DNA from: an uncultured Gemmatimonadaceae bacterium | GTDB lineage: Bacteria > Gemmatimonadota > Gemmatimonadetes > Gemmatimonadales > Gemmatimonadaceae | Length of the DNA: 64,000 nucleotides | Direction: 5' to 3' | Assembly (NCBI GenBank): GCA_963822945.1 | Contig: CAWGJO010000012.1 | Location: forward strand, 1-64,000 | Part shown: positions 43,035 through 53,696 of the stretch, piece by piece | Numbering within the stretch: position 1 is the first letter of the stretch | Layout: the number at the start of each line of letters is the position of its first letter | Translations under genes and position numbers: made by a program | Notes under the pieces: generated by a model | Database searches by the model: none | The model's input: the letters and a program-made list of their open reading frames with translations, nothing else | What the model was told of the DNA's origin: nothing

Positions 43035-43952
43035 TCATCCCTCCTCGTCCCCCAGCCACCAGCGATCGGCAACTCGCGCCGAGTCGGGGCGTTCGGGATC
43101 GAGCCGCGTGACCCGCTCCCCTTTCAATTGATTCCGGAACCAGGTGCGCTGGCGCTTGGCGTACTGCCGCGTCTCGATGATCGCCGACTCCCGTCCGCGC
43201 TCGAGGGACGTCGCGCCCTCTGCTACAGACCGCATGATGCCGTATCCCGTTGCTTTCCACGCCGGCGCGTCTCCCGGAACCAACGCCGAGAGGTGTCGAG
43301 CTTCGTCCACCCACCCGGCCGCCAGCATCGCGTCCACGCGGGCCTCGATGCGCCCCGCCAGGGAATTCCCCGGGTCCACGAGAAGATAGCGCGCGCGCCA
43401 CCGCGGCGGACGTGCCCGCTCGCGGTGAAGGGCGCTGACCGGTCGCCCGGTGAGCAGCGCGATCTCGATGGCGCGCAATAGCTGCGTGCGGCCCAGGTGC
43501 GCTCGTGCGGGATCCAACGCCCGGCACCAGCGTCGCAGCTCCTCGATCCGCATGGTCCCGAGCACTTCCGCCAACGCGGTGCGCCGCGCGGGATCCAGCG
43601 CCGGTTCGTCGAACAACGGCCCGAACAGCGCGCGCAGATAGAACCCGGTACCGCCCACGAGCAGCGGCGTGCGACCGGCGGCCACGGCCTGTTCGATCCA
43701 TCGTTCCGCATCCCCGGCCCACGCCGCCGCCGAATAGCGCTCGGTGGGTTCGCAGACGTCGATGCCGTAGTGGGGCACGCGCCGCCGTTCTTCCGCTGTC
43801 GGTTTGGCCGTGCCGATGTCGAAGCCGCGGTAGATCTGCCGGGAGTCCGCGCTGATGATGGCCCCGGCATGTCGCTCGGCCAGCGCGAGGGCGATGGCGG
43901 ACTTGCCGGCCGCCGTGGGACCGCAGATGACGCGGACGCTACTTTCGTCCAA
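43035..43952 (-). CDS. miaA: tRNA dimethylallyltransferase
   Basis: GPTAAGKS, DSRQIYRGFDIGTAKP, GGTGFY and YAKRQRTWF motifs. Confidence 0.96.
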   Translation of the reverse strand: MDESSVRVICGPTAAGKSAIALALAERHAGAIISADSRQIYRGFDIGTAKPTAEERRRVPHYGIDVCEPTERYSAAAWAGDAERWIEQAVAAGRTPLLVGGTGFYLRALFGPLFDEPALDPARRTALAEVLGTMRIEELRRWCRALDPARAHLGRTQLLRAIEIALLTGRPVSALHRERARPPRWRARYLLVDPGNSLAGRIEARVDAMLAAGWVDEARHLSALVPGDAPAWKATGYGIMRSVAEGATSLERGRESAIIETRQYAKRQRTWFRNQLKGERVTRLDPERPDSARVADRWWLGDEEG

Positions 43953-45726
43953 AGCGGCGCTCGAGCTCGTCCCACGACAGCTGCACCACCGTGGACCGTC
44001 CGTGCACGTCGTGCGCGGGGAGCGTCGTGCGGCTGAGGTCGACGAACAGCGCCCGCATCTCGCCCGGGGAAAGGGAGTCGCCGGCCTTGATGGCGGCCTT
44101 GCACGCGACGGTGGCCGCGAGCCGCTCGTGCCGTTGGGCTACGGCGGCGAACCGATCGCCGGTGAGCGCGCCGAGCGTCTCGCGCAGGCAGCGCTCGGCC
44201 TCGAATCGCGGGTGCGGCATCGGGACGCTCCGCACGATCAGGGTGTGCCCACCGAACCCTTCGATGTCGAAACCCAGTTGCTCGAACAGCGTCCGATTCT
44301 CATCGAACGCCTCCGCCTCGGCGGGGCCGAGGTGGAGCGTCATCGGAAAGAGCAGATGCTGCGCCGGCGCTTCGCCCCGTGTCAGGACGCGCATGAACTG
44401 TTCGTACAACACGCGCTCATGCGCCGAATGCTGATCGATCAGGACGACCCCGCCCTCCCCCTCGAACATGATGTACGTGCGGCGGAGTTGCAGGAGCGGC
44501 GGGACGGGAATGTCCGGTTCGGCTCCCACCGACGCGAGCGACGGGGGCGCCGCGGGGTCGCGCGGCGACTCGCCCGGCGCGTCGTCTGCGAACAGCCCCT
44601 CCCCCGGCTGCCGTGTGGGTCGCAGCGCCTCGACATCCACGGCCGGAGACGCGTCCCGCGGTGCTCCCGGCAACGGTATCGGCGGCCGGCCGATGACGGC
44701 CCCGGCATCGAGCGTGCCCAGCGCGCGCCGCACGGCGTCTTCCACCACGCGCTCCAGCGGCCACCGATCGCGGAACCGCACCTCGGCCTTGGCCGGGTGA
44801 ACGTTCACGTCCACCGCGTCGGCGGCCACCACCACGTCGAGGAAGAGCGTGGGGCGCACCCCGGCGGGGATGGTCGACTTGTAGGCGGATTCGGCGGCGC
44901 GCACCAATCCGTGGTCTCGCACCGCCCGTCCGTTCACGGAGATGAAGACACGCCGGCCGGCGATGCCGACGTCGGCCGGGCGCTCGACCAGTCCGGAAAC
45001 CCGCGTGGAGCCGCGCACGTCTTCCACGTCGAGCAGCCGCTCGGCATACTCTCCGCCCCACAGCGCCGCCAACCGGGCCCGCCGCGACGTCGCCGCCGGC
45101 AGGGACATCACGTTCTTGCCGTCGTGCGTGAGGGTCAGCCGGACGTCCGTCCGCGTGAGCGCCACGTTGGTCACCGCATCCAGCACGGCGCGCCATTCGG
45201 CGCGCGCTCCCCGCATGAACTTGAGCCGCGCCGGCGCGTTGTAGAACAGGTGCGCCACCGAAACCGTCGTGCCACGGCGCCGCGCCGCCTCGGCGGTCTC
45301 CTCCACGACGCCGCCGGCCGCGCGCACCCGCGTGCCGGCGCCGTCGCGCAGCGCGGTTTCGATTTCGAGTTGCGACACCGAGCAGATGGCCGGCAGCGCC
45401 TCGCCCCGGAAGCCGAAGCTGGAGACGCCGACCAGATCGTGCGCGCTCCGGATCTTCGAGGTGGCGTGCCGGGAAAGGGCGAGCACGGCATCCGCGCGTC
45501 CCATTCCCACACCGTCGTCGCTCACCCGGATGCGGCGGCGTCCTCCCTCCTCGACGTCGATCTCGATGGATGTGGCGCCGGCATCGAGCGCATTCTCGAT
45601 GAGTTCCTTGACCACCGAGGCGGGCCGCTCCACGACTTCGCCGGCCGCGATCTGGTCGGCGACCTCGCTCGGGAGGACGGCAATGCGGGGGACGCCGGAC
45701 GCGGTCGGTTCAGAAGAAGCGGACAT
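43939..45726 (-). CDS. mutL: DNA mismatch repair protein MutL
   Basis: IAAGEVVERPASVVKELIENALDA, HATSK, GFRGEAL and endonuclease motif DQHSAHERVLYE. Confidence 0.97.
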   Translation of the reverse strand: MSASSEPTASGVPRIAVLPSEVADQIAAGEVVERPASVVKELIENALDAGATSIEIDVEEGGRRRIRVSDDGVGMGRADAVLALSRHATSKIRSAHDLVGVSSFGFRGEALPAICSVSQLEIETALRDGAGTRVRAAGGVVEETAEAARRRGTTVSVAHLFYNAPARLKFMRGARAEWRAVLDAVTNVALTRTDVRLTLTHDGKNVMSLPAATSRRARLAALWGGEYAERLLDVEDVRGSTRVSGLVERPADVGIAGRRVFISVNGRAVRDHGLVRAAESAYKSTIPAGVRPTLFLDVVVAADAVDVNVHPAKAEVRFRDRWPLERVVEDAVRRALGTLDAGAVIGRPPIPLPGAPRDASPAVDVEALRPTRQPGEGLFADDAPGESPRDPAAPPSLASVGAEPDIPVPPLLQLRRTYIMFEGEGGVVLIDQHSAHERVLYEQFMRVLTRGEAPAQHLLFPMTLHLGPAEAEAFDENRTLFEQLGFDIEGFGGHTLIVRSVPMPHPRFEAERCLRETLGALTGDRFAAVAQRHERLAATVACKAAIKAGDSLSPGEMRALFVDLSRTTLPAHDVHGRSTVVQLSWDELERRFGRK

Positions 45727-45733
45727 CGCGTGC

Positions 45734-45763
45734 AAGCTACCGGATGCGCGCGCCGAGCGTCAA
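45734..45763 (-). promoter_or_regulatory. mutL promoter (probably leaderless)
   Basis: TTGACG-N18-TAGCTT ending 7 nt before the ATG at 45726. Confidence 0.6.
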
Positions 45764-48150
45764 TCGACCGCCGGGGATATGGATGCGTCGAGCGAGGCGA
45801 GCCCCTCCACCGGAATCCATCCCTGCCGCCCGCCGTCGAGTTCCACGCGGTCCCACGCGCCATGCTGCGAGAGGACGCGCACCATCTCGCCGGTCACCGC
45901 CGTGGCGCCACGCCCGGCCCCGAGGGCGGGATCCGCGCTGAGCATCGTATCGGTCCGGACGATTGCTACTCCGCGCGCCGAGAGGCGCCCGCCCAGGGCG
46001 ATGGCGCTGAGGCCGAGCAATGCCGCCGCCCCGGCCAGGGACGCGGGCCACCGATGCGCCCACGGCCAGCGCCGCCGGAACGACGGGTGCCACATCAGGC
46101 AGGCCGCCAGCCAGCAGACTGCCATCAGCCATAGCACCGCATTCAATGGCACCGGCGGCACATAGCCGGGCGAACTCCAACGCAATCCGTGGACCAGGCC
46201 CAGCCGGCTGCGCGCGTCGCCGGCGAGCGGCTGGAGCCCGAGACCGCGGCGCCAGCCGAGCACGGCACCCACCGTGTCGTGCACGGCCCACGATGCCGTT
46301 CCCAGATTCACCCACCCGTCCGCGGCGCGGGGCGCCACCGCGACCACGCGAGCAAAGGCCGCCCGGGCCCCCGGGAAGTCATGCTCCTGATAGGCCACCA
46401 CCCCATCCGAAAACGCGTCGGCGGCCGTCGCGGCCTGCACGGCCTGAAGCGTGCCGCCGACGGCCACGGCCAGCGTCAGCGCCAGGGCGATGAACCGGAA
46501 CGGGAGTTCGCGGCGCGGCAGTGCTTCGTCGTCGATCCGGCGGACCAGGGCGATGGCCGTCACGCCGGCACCGTCTGCCAGCCTCCCGTCCGCCGAGAAC
46601 GCTGCGGCGTCGAGACCGCGCAGGAGCGCTTCCGCTTCGTCCGCGGTGGCGGTAGAAACTCCCGCTCTCCGCAGCATCCGCCGGAGTTCGCCAGCCGTCG
46701 TGAACGCTTCGGCCTCGATACCCAGCCGGTCGGCGAGGGCCGTCACGAACGCCCGCCGCAGTGCCGGCCCGTTCCGTGCATCGGCGGCGGCGACGGCGGA
46801 TTCCAGACGCGCCACCGGCGTGATCGTACGCCCTCCGCGCGATCGGCGGCGATCGCGCCAGCGCGCACGCACGGCCGGTAGCGGCACGAGCGCGAGCACG
46901 AGCCAGAACACCGGATTGGACGAGAGCGGCGTTCCGGTCTGCCCGTCGTACACCGTGCGCACGGGGAGCGCCGCCTCCCGATGACTCGTATCGACCGCCG
47001 CCAGCGTTCCCGGCGCAATGCGCACCGTTTCCGATCGCGAGCGGGCCACCGCGTAGCGCCGCGTCTGCGGGTCGAAGTAGGCGTACTGGACGGGCGGCAC
47101 GTCGAGTTCGCCGGCGATCCGCGGCGTGAGGATCCAGTCGAACTCCTTACTGCCGCCGATGTGCGCGGCCGCCGAGTCGACGTGCACCCGCTCGTCGGAG
47201 GCGACGGCCGAGGCCCATGGAATGCTGAGCCGCGGCCGCGGCAGCAGCTTGACGTTCCCGGTGCCGGACACGCGCACGGTGATGGTCAGGGGGTCGCCGA
47301 CGCGGCCGGTGGCCGACGCGACGCGCGTATCGAGGCGGAACCGGCCGACCGCGCCGTCGAAGTCCGCGGGCCGGCCGGTCTCCGGGGGCTCGAGCGCAAC
47401 GATGACCGCGCTGTCGGTCTGCAGTTCGTGTGAGACCTCGTGGCTGAAGAAGCTGGCGCCGCTGGGGAGGGAATAGGTCAGCTGCGCCGGCGGAATCACC
47501 AGGCGTCCGGGTTGCAGCGGGAAGAGCGCGCGACGATACACGAGCGCGTCGAAGCAGCTCGACGTGCCGCCGGAATGACGCTCGGTCCCGGCCCCGGGAA
47601 CGTCGTAGGCGAGCATGGACTGCATGTCGGGCGGATAGAACGTGGGATTCCGGCGGAGACGGTTCCGGACCGCGGCATTCAGGAACACGGTGACCGTGTA
47701 GTCGGCCTGCTGGCCCACGTACACCGTTTCCGGCGCCGCCCGGCGCAGATCGGGACGATCGACGGTGCCGATGTGGGCCCGCGTGATCACGGTCGGCGTG
47801 GCATCGGCGGACGCCGGCAACACGCGGACGTGCAGCGGCGCGGTGTGGGCCGTGGCCGTGCCCAGTCGCGCCTCGAACGACGGGATCGTGTATTCGCCCA
47901 GCCTGTCGGTGACGAGAACGTATCGGTACTCGACCGTCACGGACGGGACGGCACGCGAGTCGCGCTCCACGTGGGGCATGACGGCCGATCGCATGATGTC
48001 GAACGGCGCGAACGACGGCGCCACGAGCCGCGGGATTGCCGAGCCGGGGGCCGAGACGGCGACCGACACCTCGAGCGGTTCGCAGGCGCCGACCGTATCC
48101 GCCGCGTGGGCGACCATCGCCAACTGGGCGATCAGGAGCACACCGATCAC
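45760..48150 (-). CDS. BatD-family protein fused to a BatE-like TPR/SH3 C-terminus
   Basis: Ig-like BatD segments (YVGQQ, FDGAVGRF, SGTGN, YFDP), TM helices, a TPR and an SH3-like GWIP. Confidence 0.75.
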   Translation of the reverse strand: MIGVLLIAQLAMVAHAADTVGACEPLEVSVAVSAPGSAIPRLVAPSFAPFDIMRSAVMPHVERDSRAVPSVTVEYRYVLVTDRLGEYTIPSFEARLGTATAHTAPLHVRVLPASADATPTVITRAHIGTVDRPDLRRAAPETVYVGQQADYTVTVFLNAAVRNRLRRNPTFYPPDMQSMLAYDVPGAGTERHSGGTSSCFDALVYRRALFPLQPGRLVIPPAQLTYSLPSGASFFSHEVSHELQTDSAVIVALEPPETGRPADFDGAVGRFRLDTRVASATGRVGDPLTITVRVSGTGNVKLLPRPRLSIPWASAVASDERVHVDSAAAHIGGSKEFDWILTPRIAGELDVPPVQYAYFDPQTRRYAVARSRSETVRIAPGTLAAVDTSHREAALPVRTVYDGQTGTPLSSNPVFWLVLALVPLPAVRARWRDRRRSRGGRTITPVARLESAVAAADARNGPALRRAFVTALADRLGIEAEAFTTAGELRRMLRRAGVSTATADEAEALLRGLDAAAFSADGRLADGAGVTAIALVRRIDDEALPRRELPFRFIALALTLAVAVGGTLQAVQAATAADAFSDGVVAYQEHDFPGARAAFARVVAVAPRAADGWVNLGTASWAVHDTVGAVLGWRRGLGLQPLAGDARSRLGLVHGLRWSSPGYVPPVPLNAVLWLMAVCWLAACLMWHPSFRRRWPWAHRWPASLAGAAALLGLSAIALGGRLSARGVAIVRTDTMLSADPALGAGRGATAVTGEMVRVLSQHGAWDRVELDGGRQGWIPVEGLASLDASISPAVD

Positions 48151-48151
48151 G

Positions 48152-49828
48152 CTACCAGTCCTTCCCGTTGGGCGGCACCTGGGCCGACGTCTTGTGCTGC
48201 TGTTTCGCCTGCACGTCGCGCTCGTCGCGGGCCGCGCTGGCCAGGAGTTGGCGCGCCTGATTCAGCCCCAGACCGCCGCGCGGCGGGGACTGCGATGCAG
48301 GCGACGGATTCTCGTTGTTCTGTCCCCCGCCCCCGCCCCCACCACCGCCGCTCTGTGACTGCCTGGCGTGCAGGGCGAGTTCATAATTCCATTTCGCATC
48401 CACATCATCGCTGCGCATGAGCAGCACCTTCTTGTAGGCCGCGAGCGCCGCATCGAGATCGTCTCCGCCGCCCGTCGTGGCCTTGAGCCCGCGGCGCAGA
48501 TGCGCCAGTCCCAGGTTGAACAGTGCGCGATAGCGCAGCTCGGCGTCCGGCAGATCGACGACCCGCTCGAAGGCCTCGACGGCCTGTTCCACCGAGTCGG
48601 TGGCCAGATACGCCGTGCCGTAGTCGTAGATCGTTCGCGGACGTTGGTCGCCGTGCGCGATGGCGTTCCGGTACAGCCGCACCGCCTGGGGGTACTGTCC
48701 CGATTCATAGGCGGTCGCGGCATCCCTGGACTCCTGCGTGCCGGCGCAGCTCCCCAGGAAGACGGCCATGACGAGCGCCGCCGCCGTCGCCGTGGCCGGC
48801 GTCAACACACGGACCGCCCCCTCGCGCCGACGGCGGTCGGTCACGAACACATCGAGCAGGAGCAGGAGCACCGCAGGCAGCAGGAAGAGTTGGAACCGCG
48901 GGACGCGGGCGTCTCCGCCGAGCACCGAATGCCGGGCCGTCCGCAGCGACGACAGCGCCTGGCGAATGCGGGCCGCCTTGTCGGTGGTCGCGGCGTCGAT
49001 GAAGGTGCCGTGCGCGGCGGTGGCCGCGGCCTTCAGCATCCCGGGAACGTAGTGCGTGACGACGATGGCCCCGTTCTGATCGCGCTTGAACGTCATCGTC
49101 CCATTGGCGGCCTTGATCGGGATGGTGGATCCCTGGGTGGTCCCGAACCCGACGGTGACCAGCGCAATCCCCTTGTCGGCCGCGCGGCGCGCGGCGGCGA
49201 CCACATCGGCCTCGGGCTCGAACGCCTCGCCGTCGCTCATCACGACGAGCGCCCGGTCGGCGCCGTCGTTGCTCAACGACAACAGGTCGGTGCCCTGGCG
49301 GATGGCCGAGGAGAGCGAGCTGCCGCCCTGCCCGACGATCGACGGATCGAGATTGTCGAGGAAGAGATCGAGCGCGCTCTCGTCCACGGTGAGCGGCGAC
49401 AGCACATAGCTGCGCCCCGCGAATACGATGAGTCCGATGCGGTCACCGGACGACATGGCGCGCAGGCGCCGCACCTCTTCCTTCATCCGCTCGAGGCGGT
49501 CGGGCTTCACGTCGGTGGCGCGCATCGAGAGCGACGCGTCGAGCGCCAGTACCATGTCGAACCCGCGCGTGCGGTCGACCGCCCGTTCGAAACCCCAGCG
49601 CGGCCCCGCCAGCGCGATGCCCCCCAGCGCGCAGGCCCCGGCGAGCCGCGCCGTCCGCCATCCGGTTGCCCGCGCCAGTCCCGCCGGCATGAGGCGCGAC
49701 ACGACGTCCAGATCGCCGAAGCGGGCGAGGCGCTGGCGCCGCCGCCGGTCGGCGCGCCACAGCGCCACCGCGATCACGGCCGGCAGCACGACGGCGAGCC
49801 CGAGCAGCCAGGGATAGTCGATGGTCAT
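48152..49828 (-). CDS. VWA + TPR protein (BatB/BatC fusion)
   Basis: ALAGPRWG, MIDAS DASLS, DGE, TPRs ending AKWNYELA, C-terminal KDW. Confidence 0.82.
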   Translation of the reverse strand: MTIDYPWLLGLAVVLPAVIAVALWRADRRRRQRLARFGDLDVVSRLMPAGLARATGWRTARLAGACALGGIALAGPRWGFERAVDRTRGFDMVLALDASLSMRATDVKPDRLERMKEEVRRLRAMSSGDRIGLIVFAGRSYVLSPLTVDESALDLFLDNLDPSIVGQGGSSLSSAIRQGTDLLSLSNDGADRALVVMSDGEAFEPEADVVAAARRAADKGIALVTVGFGTTQGSTIPIKAANGTMTFKRDQNGAIVVTHYVPGMLKAAATAAHGTFIDAATTDKAARIRQALSSLRTARHSVLGGDARVPRFQLFLLPAVLLLLLDVFVTDRRRREGAVRVLTPATATAAALVMAVFLGSCAGTQESRDAATAYESGQYPQAVRLYRNAIAHGDQRPRTIYDYGTAYLATDSVEQAVEAFERVVDLPDAELRYRALFNLGLAHLRRGLKATTGGGDDLDAALAAYKKVLLMRSDDVDAKWNYELALHARQSQSGGGGGGGGGQNNENPSPASQSPPRGGLGLNQARQLLASAARDERDVQAKQQHKTSAQVPPNGKDW

Positions 49829-50818
49829 GGCAGGGGCGCCTTCCACGCCGAGAGCCCCAGTTCGAACAACAGGCCGAGCAGCGCCAAGCCCAGCGGCCAG
49901 CGATAGAGTTCCGTGTAGCGCACGTAGGTCGTGGTCTGCACCGGCACCCGCTCGAGCTGATCGATCTGCTGGTAGATGCGACGCAGCGCCTCGGCATCTC
50001 GGGCCCGGAAGTACCGGCCGCCGGTGATGTTCGCGACGTCCGTCAGCAATTTCTCGTCGATCTCCACGGGCCGGTTCTCGTAGCGCAGACCGAACAGCCC
50101 GCGTCCCACCGGCACCGGCGCCATGCCCTCGGTGCCGACGCCGATCGTGTAGATCTTGATGCCGAAGTCGGCGGCCGCGCGCGCCGCCGTCCGTGGATCG
50201 ATCGACCCGCGGTTGTTCACGCCGTCGGTCAGCAGGATCATCACGCGCGACCGCCCGGGCGCCTCGCGCAACCGGTTGGCCGCGGTGGCGATCGCCGTCC
50301 CGATGGCCGTCCCGTCCTCGAGTTGACCGGCCTGCAGATTGTCCACCGCCGCGTTCACCACCGGGTAGTCGGTGGTGAGCGGCACCTGCGTGAGCGCCTC
50401 GGCCGCAAACGCGACGATGCCGATGCGATCGCTGGACCGCTCGGCGATGAACTGCTTGACCGTCCGCTTGGCGACCTCGAGTCGATTGTCCGGCTGGAAA
50501 TCCTGCGACAGCATGGAGCTCGAGAGATCGATCGCGATGACGATGTTGATCCCTTCGCTCGTCACGTTCTCGGCCCGCGCGCCCGCCCGCGGCCGGGCGA
50601 GGGCGAGTATGGCCAGCAGCAGGATGGCGTTCCGCATGCCGGTGAGGAGCCGCGACCAGCGCCGGCCGTCCGCCCGACACCGCGGCCAGGGCGGCGACGC
50701 GGGAGAAGACGATTCCGGATTCGCGATGCCGGCGCCGCCACCACCACCACGCCGGCAGGGCGAGCAGCAGCGTGAGGGCGAGAGGCGTCACCCACTCCAC
50801 GTGCCAGCCCGGGATCAT
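49825..50818 (-). CDS. batA: BatA VWA-domain protein (one apparent frameshift near 50675)
   Basis: N-terminal TM in one frame; ALARP, DLSSSM, GTAIG, TDGVNN and TGGRYFRA in the next. Confidence 0.85.
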
Positions 50819-51735
50819 GCGGCCTCCGTTCCGGGAGCCGGCGTCGAAGCCACATGCTCATGCGTCACCACGGCGCGCGCTTCACGGGCCAACTCCAGCG
50901 CCCGGTCGGTGGTCAGGCCCCGCCGGGCGAACTTCACGAGGTCGGCCTCGGACAGCAGCCGCGCCAGGCGCTCGTGAGGAACGGTCGGCGCCTCGGCGAT
51001 CTCGCGGAGGAGTTCATCGGTGGTGAGCGAGAGCGAGGCCAGCGCGAACCGTCCGTGCAGGTAGTCGCGCACCACCTCGACCACCAGCGACACGTACCGC
51101 CCGCGTTCGCCGGCCTCCACCAGTCCCAGCGCCGCGATGCGGGTGAACTCCCGCTCGGCGCGTTCGAACGGGCTCGCCGGGGGACGCCGCGGCCGCCCGA
51201 GCTCCTGCCGGCGCCGGCGCCAGGCGAGCCACGCCACGAAGGCGATGAACGCGAGCACGGCGAGGATCCACCAGGGGAAGGCGCGCCCCACGAACAGTGC
51301 GCGCGCCGGCTTTGGGGTCCGGCGGCTCGAATCGTCCGGCAGCACACTCTTCACGAAGACGGTGAGACCGCGCAGCGGCAGTCGCTCCACGGTCGTGCCC
51401 GCCCGCACGATCACGTCGGGCATGTCGAGCGCGAGCGTCCCGACGTTCCAGGCCGCCAGCCGGTAGGTGGCCGTGCGATCCACGCTGTCGGCCACCTGGG
51501 CGCCGGCAAGGGCCCGCGGATCCAGCGCCTGCACCCAGGACGCGCTGTCGGGCCCGTCCGGAAAGGTCACGGTCCGTCCGGCGGCGGCCCGCACGTGAAC
51601 GGTCAATCGAAACGGCTGGCCGACGGTGACCGTGTCGGGGCGAATCGCGACCTCGAGGTGCGCCGGCGCCTGCGCCCGCGCACCCGCCGCCAGCAGCGAC
51701 AACAGCACGACCAGACCCGGCGCGCGCATGATCAC
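50815..51735 (-). CDS. Bat-operon membrane protein (signal peptide, Ig-like domain, TM, helical tail)
   Basis: TVGQPF, one TM helix, LTTDEL and ADLVKFA motifs; position between DUF58 and batA. Confidence 0.7.
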   Translation of the reverse strand: MIMRAPGLVVLLSLLAAGARAQAPAHLEVAIRPDTVTVGQPFRLTVHVRAAAGRTVTFPDGPDSASWVQALDPRALAGAQVADSVDRTATYRLAAWNVGTLALDMPDVIVRAGTTVERLPLRGLTVFVKSVLPDDSSRRTPKPARALFVGRAFPWWILAVLAFIAFVAWLAWRRRRQELGRPRRPPASPFERAEREFTRIAALGLVEAGERGRYVSLVVEVVRDYLHGRFALASLSLTTDELLREIAEAPTVPHERLARLLSEADLVKFARRGLTTDRALELAREARAVVTHEHVASTPAPGTEAA

Positions 51736-52646
51736 CGACGCCGCGCCCGCGTCTCGCGGGTCCGGAAGAAGCGGAGCAGCGGCTCGATGATCGGTGTCTC
51801 CGTGCGGATCGCCACCTCGTCGATGGACAGCCGGCGCAGGAGGTGGCGCCGGTGGTCCCGCTCGCCGTTCACCTGCTGCTCGTAGGCGGCGCGGAGGGAC
51901 GGGCTGCTCGTGTCGACGTCGATCATCGCCCCCGTCTCGGGGTCGACCAGCCGGGCGAGCCCCACATCGGGGAGGACGATTTCGGCCGGGTCCTCCACCG
52001 TCACGGCCACCACGTCGTGGCGCTGGGCCAGCAGCTTGAGCGGCCGCTCCACGTCGGCGCCCAGGAAGTCGGAGACCACGAACACGATGGCGGTGTGGGC
52101 CAGCATCTTGCCCAGGTAGTCGAGCGCGCCCGCGAGATCCGTCCCGAGGCCGACCGGCCGGAACACCAGCAGGTCGCGCAGCAGGCGCAGCGCATGCCGG
52201 CGGCCCTTCCGCGGCGGCACCACGTGTTCCACCCGGTCGGTGAAGAACAGGGTCCCGACACGGTCGTTGTTGCGGATGGCCGACATGGCGAGTACCGCCG
52301 CCAGTTCGGCGGCCACCTCGCTCTTGAACCGCCGGCGCGTACCGAATCGCTCCGACGCCGACATGTCGACGACGAGCATCACCGTCAGTTCGCGCTCCTC
52401 GATATAGCGCTTCACAAATGGGCGCTGCATGCGGGCGGTCACGTTCCAGTCGATGTTGCGCACCTCGTCGCCCACCTGGTACTCGCGGACCTCCGAGAAC
52501 TCCATGCCCTGCCCCTTGAACACGGAGCGGTACTCGCCCGCGAACAGCGCGTTCACCAGGCCGCGCGTGCGCAACTCGATCAGCCGCACCTGCCGGAGCA
52601 CGTCCGGCGGCACGAGTGCCGTACGCGAGGTGGCTGCCGGGGTCAC
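51732..52646 (-). CDS. DUF58 domain protein
   Basis: GEYRSVFKGQGMEFSEVREY, IDWNVTAR, EEREL and VSDF motifs. Confidence 0.93.
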   Translation of the reverse strand: MTPAATSRTALVPPDVLRQVRLIELRTRGLVNALFAGEYRSVFKGQGMEFSEVREYQVGDEVRNIDWNVTARMQRPFVKRYIEERELTVMLVVDMSASERFGTRRRFKSEVAAELAAVLAMSAIRNNDRVGTLFFTDRVEHVVPPRKGRRHALRLLRDLLVFRPVGLGTDLAGALDYLGKMLAHTAIVFVVSDFLGADVERPLKLLAQRHDVVAVTVEDPAEIVLPDVGLARLVDPETGAMIDVDTSSPSLRAAYEQQVNGERDHRRHLLRRLSIDEVAIRTETPIIEPLLRFFRTRETRARRR

Positions 52647-53617
52647 GGGCTCTCGATCTTGGCGAGGACGCGGCGGACGATCTCGTCCGGAGTGATCTCC
52701 TCCGCCTCGGCTTCGTACGTGGTGAGCACGCGATGCCGCAGCACGTCCGGCCCGATCGCCTTGACGTCGTCCGGCGTGACGAATGCGCGTCCGCGCAGGA
52801 ATGCGTGGGCCCGCGACGCCTGCGCCAGCGAGATCGTCGCGCGGGGACTGGCGCCGAACTCGATCAGCGGCACCAGGTCGGGCAGGCCCGCCGACGCCGG
52901 CTCGCGCGTGGCGTGCACGATGTCCACGATGTAGTCCACGATCCGATCGTCCATGTACAGATCGGCGATCCGCCCCCGGGCCTCGAGGATCGCCTGTGGC
53001 GTGGCCACGTGCTGCACCGCGATCGGCACGCCGCTCGCCATGCGCCGCATGATCTCCTTCTCCTCGTCGCGGCTCGGGTAGCCCACGCGCAACTTCAGCA
53101 TGAACCGATCCACCTGCGCTTCCGGCAGGGGATACGTGCCCTCCTGCTCGATGGGGTTCTGCGTGGCGAGCACGAGGAAGGGCTCGTCGAGCTTGTAGGT
53201 CGTGCCGCCGATGGTGACCTGCTTTTCCTGCATCGCCTCGAGCAGCGCCGCCTGCACCTTGGCGGGCGCCCGGTTGATCTCGTCGGCGAGAATGATGTTC
53301 GCGAAGATCGGCCCCTTCTTGACCACGAACTTGCCCGACGCCTGCTCGTACACCTGGGTCCCGAGTACGTCGGCGGGCAGCAGATCGGGCGTGAACTGGA
53401 TGCGCTGGAACGACGTGTCGATCGCCTCGGCGAGCGTCCGCACCGTGAGCGTCTTGGCGAGGCCCGGCACGCCTTCCAACAGCACGTGCCCACCCGTCAG
53501 CAGGCTGATCAGCAGGCGTTCGACCATGTAGTCCTGGCCGACGACGCGGCGGGCCACCTGATCGGTCACGTCGTGCACCAGGCGTGAGTCGGCGGATGAT
53601 GTCTGCTGTGATTCCAC
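52643..53617 (-). CDS. moxR: MoxR-family AAA+ ATPase
   Basis: GVPGLAKT, RIQFTPDLLP, DEINRA, ATQNPIEQEGTYPLPEAQ and GASPR motifs; GTG start at 53617 after GGAG. Confidence 0.95.
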   Translation of the reverse strand: MESQQTSSADSRLVHDVTDQVARRVVGQDYMVERLLISLLTGGHVLLEGVPGLAKTLTVRTLAEAIDTSFQRIQFTPDLLPADVLGTQVYEQASGKFVVKKGPIFANIILADEINRAPAKVQAALLEAMQEKQVTIGGTTYKLDEPFLVLATQNPIEQEGTYPLPEAQVDRFMLKLRVGYPSRDEEKEIMRRMASGVPIAVQHVATPQAILEARGRIADLYMDDRIVDYIVDIVHATREPASAGLPDLVPLIEFGASPRATISLAQASRAHAFLRGRAFVTPDDVKAIGPDVLRHRVLTTYEAEAEEITPDEIVRRVLAKIESP

Positions 53618-53696
53618 GACCGCTCCAGCAAGAGTTGATGTGGCGCTCGCACCCATTCCCATCAGTACCCCGCCGCCGGGCGGCGGTTCTCCCTAT

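Noticed and set aside
48152..50818. 888-aa ORF suggesting a BatA-BatB fusion
   Set aside because: Artefact of the batA frameshift; the middle part is an off-frame read of batA
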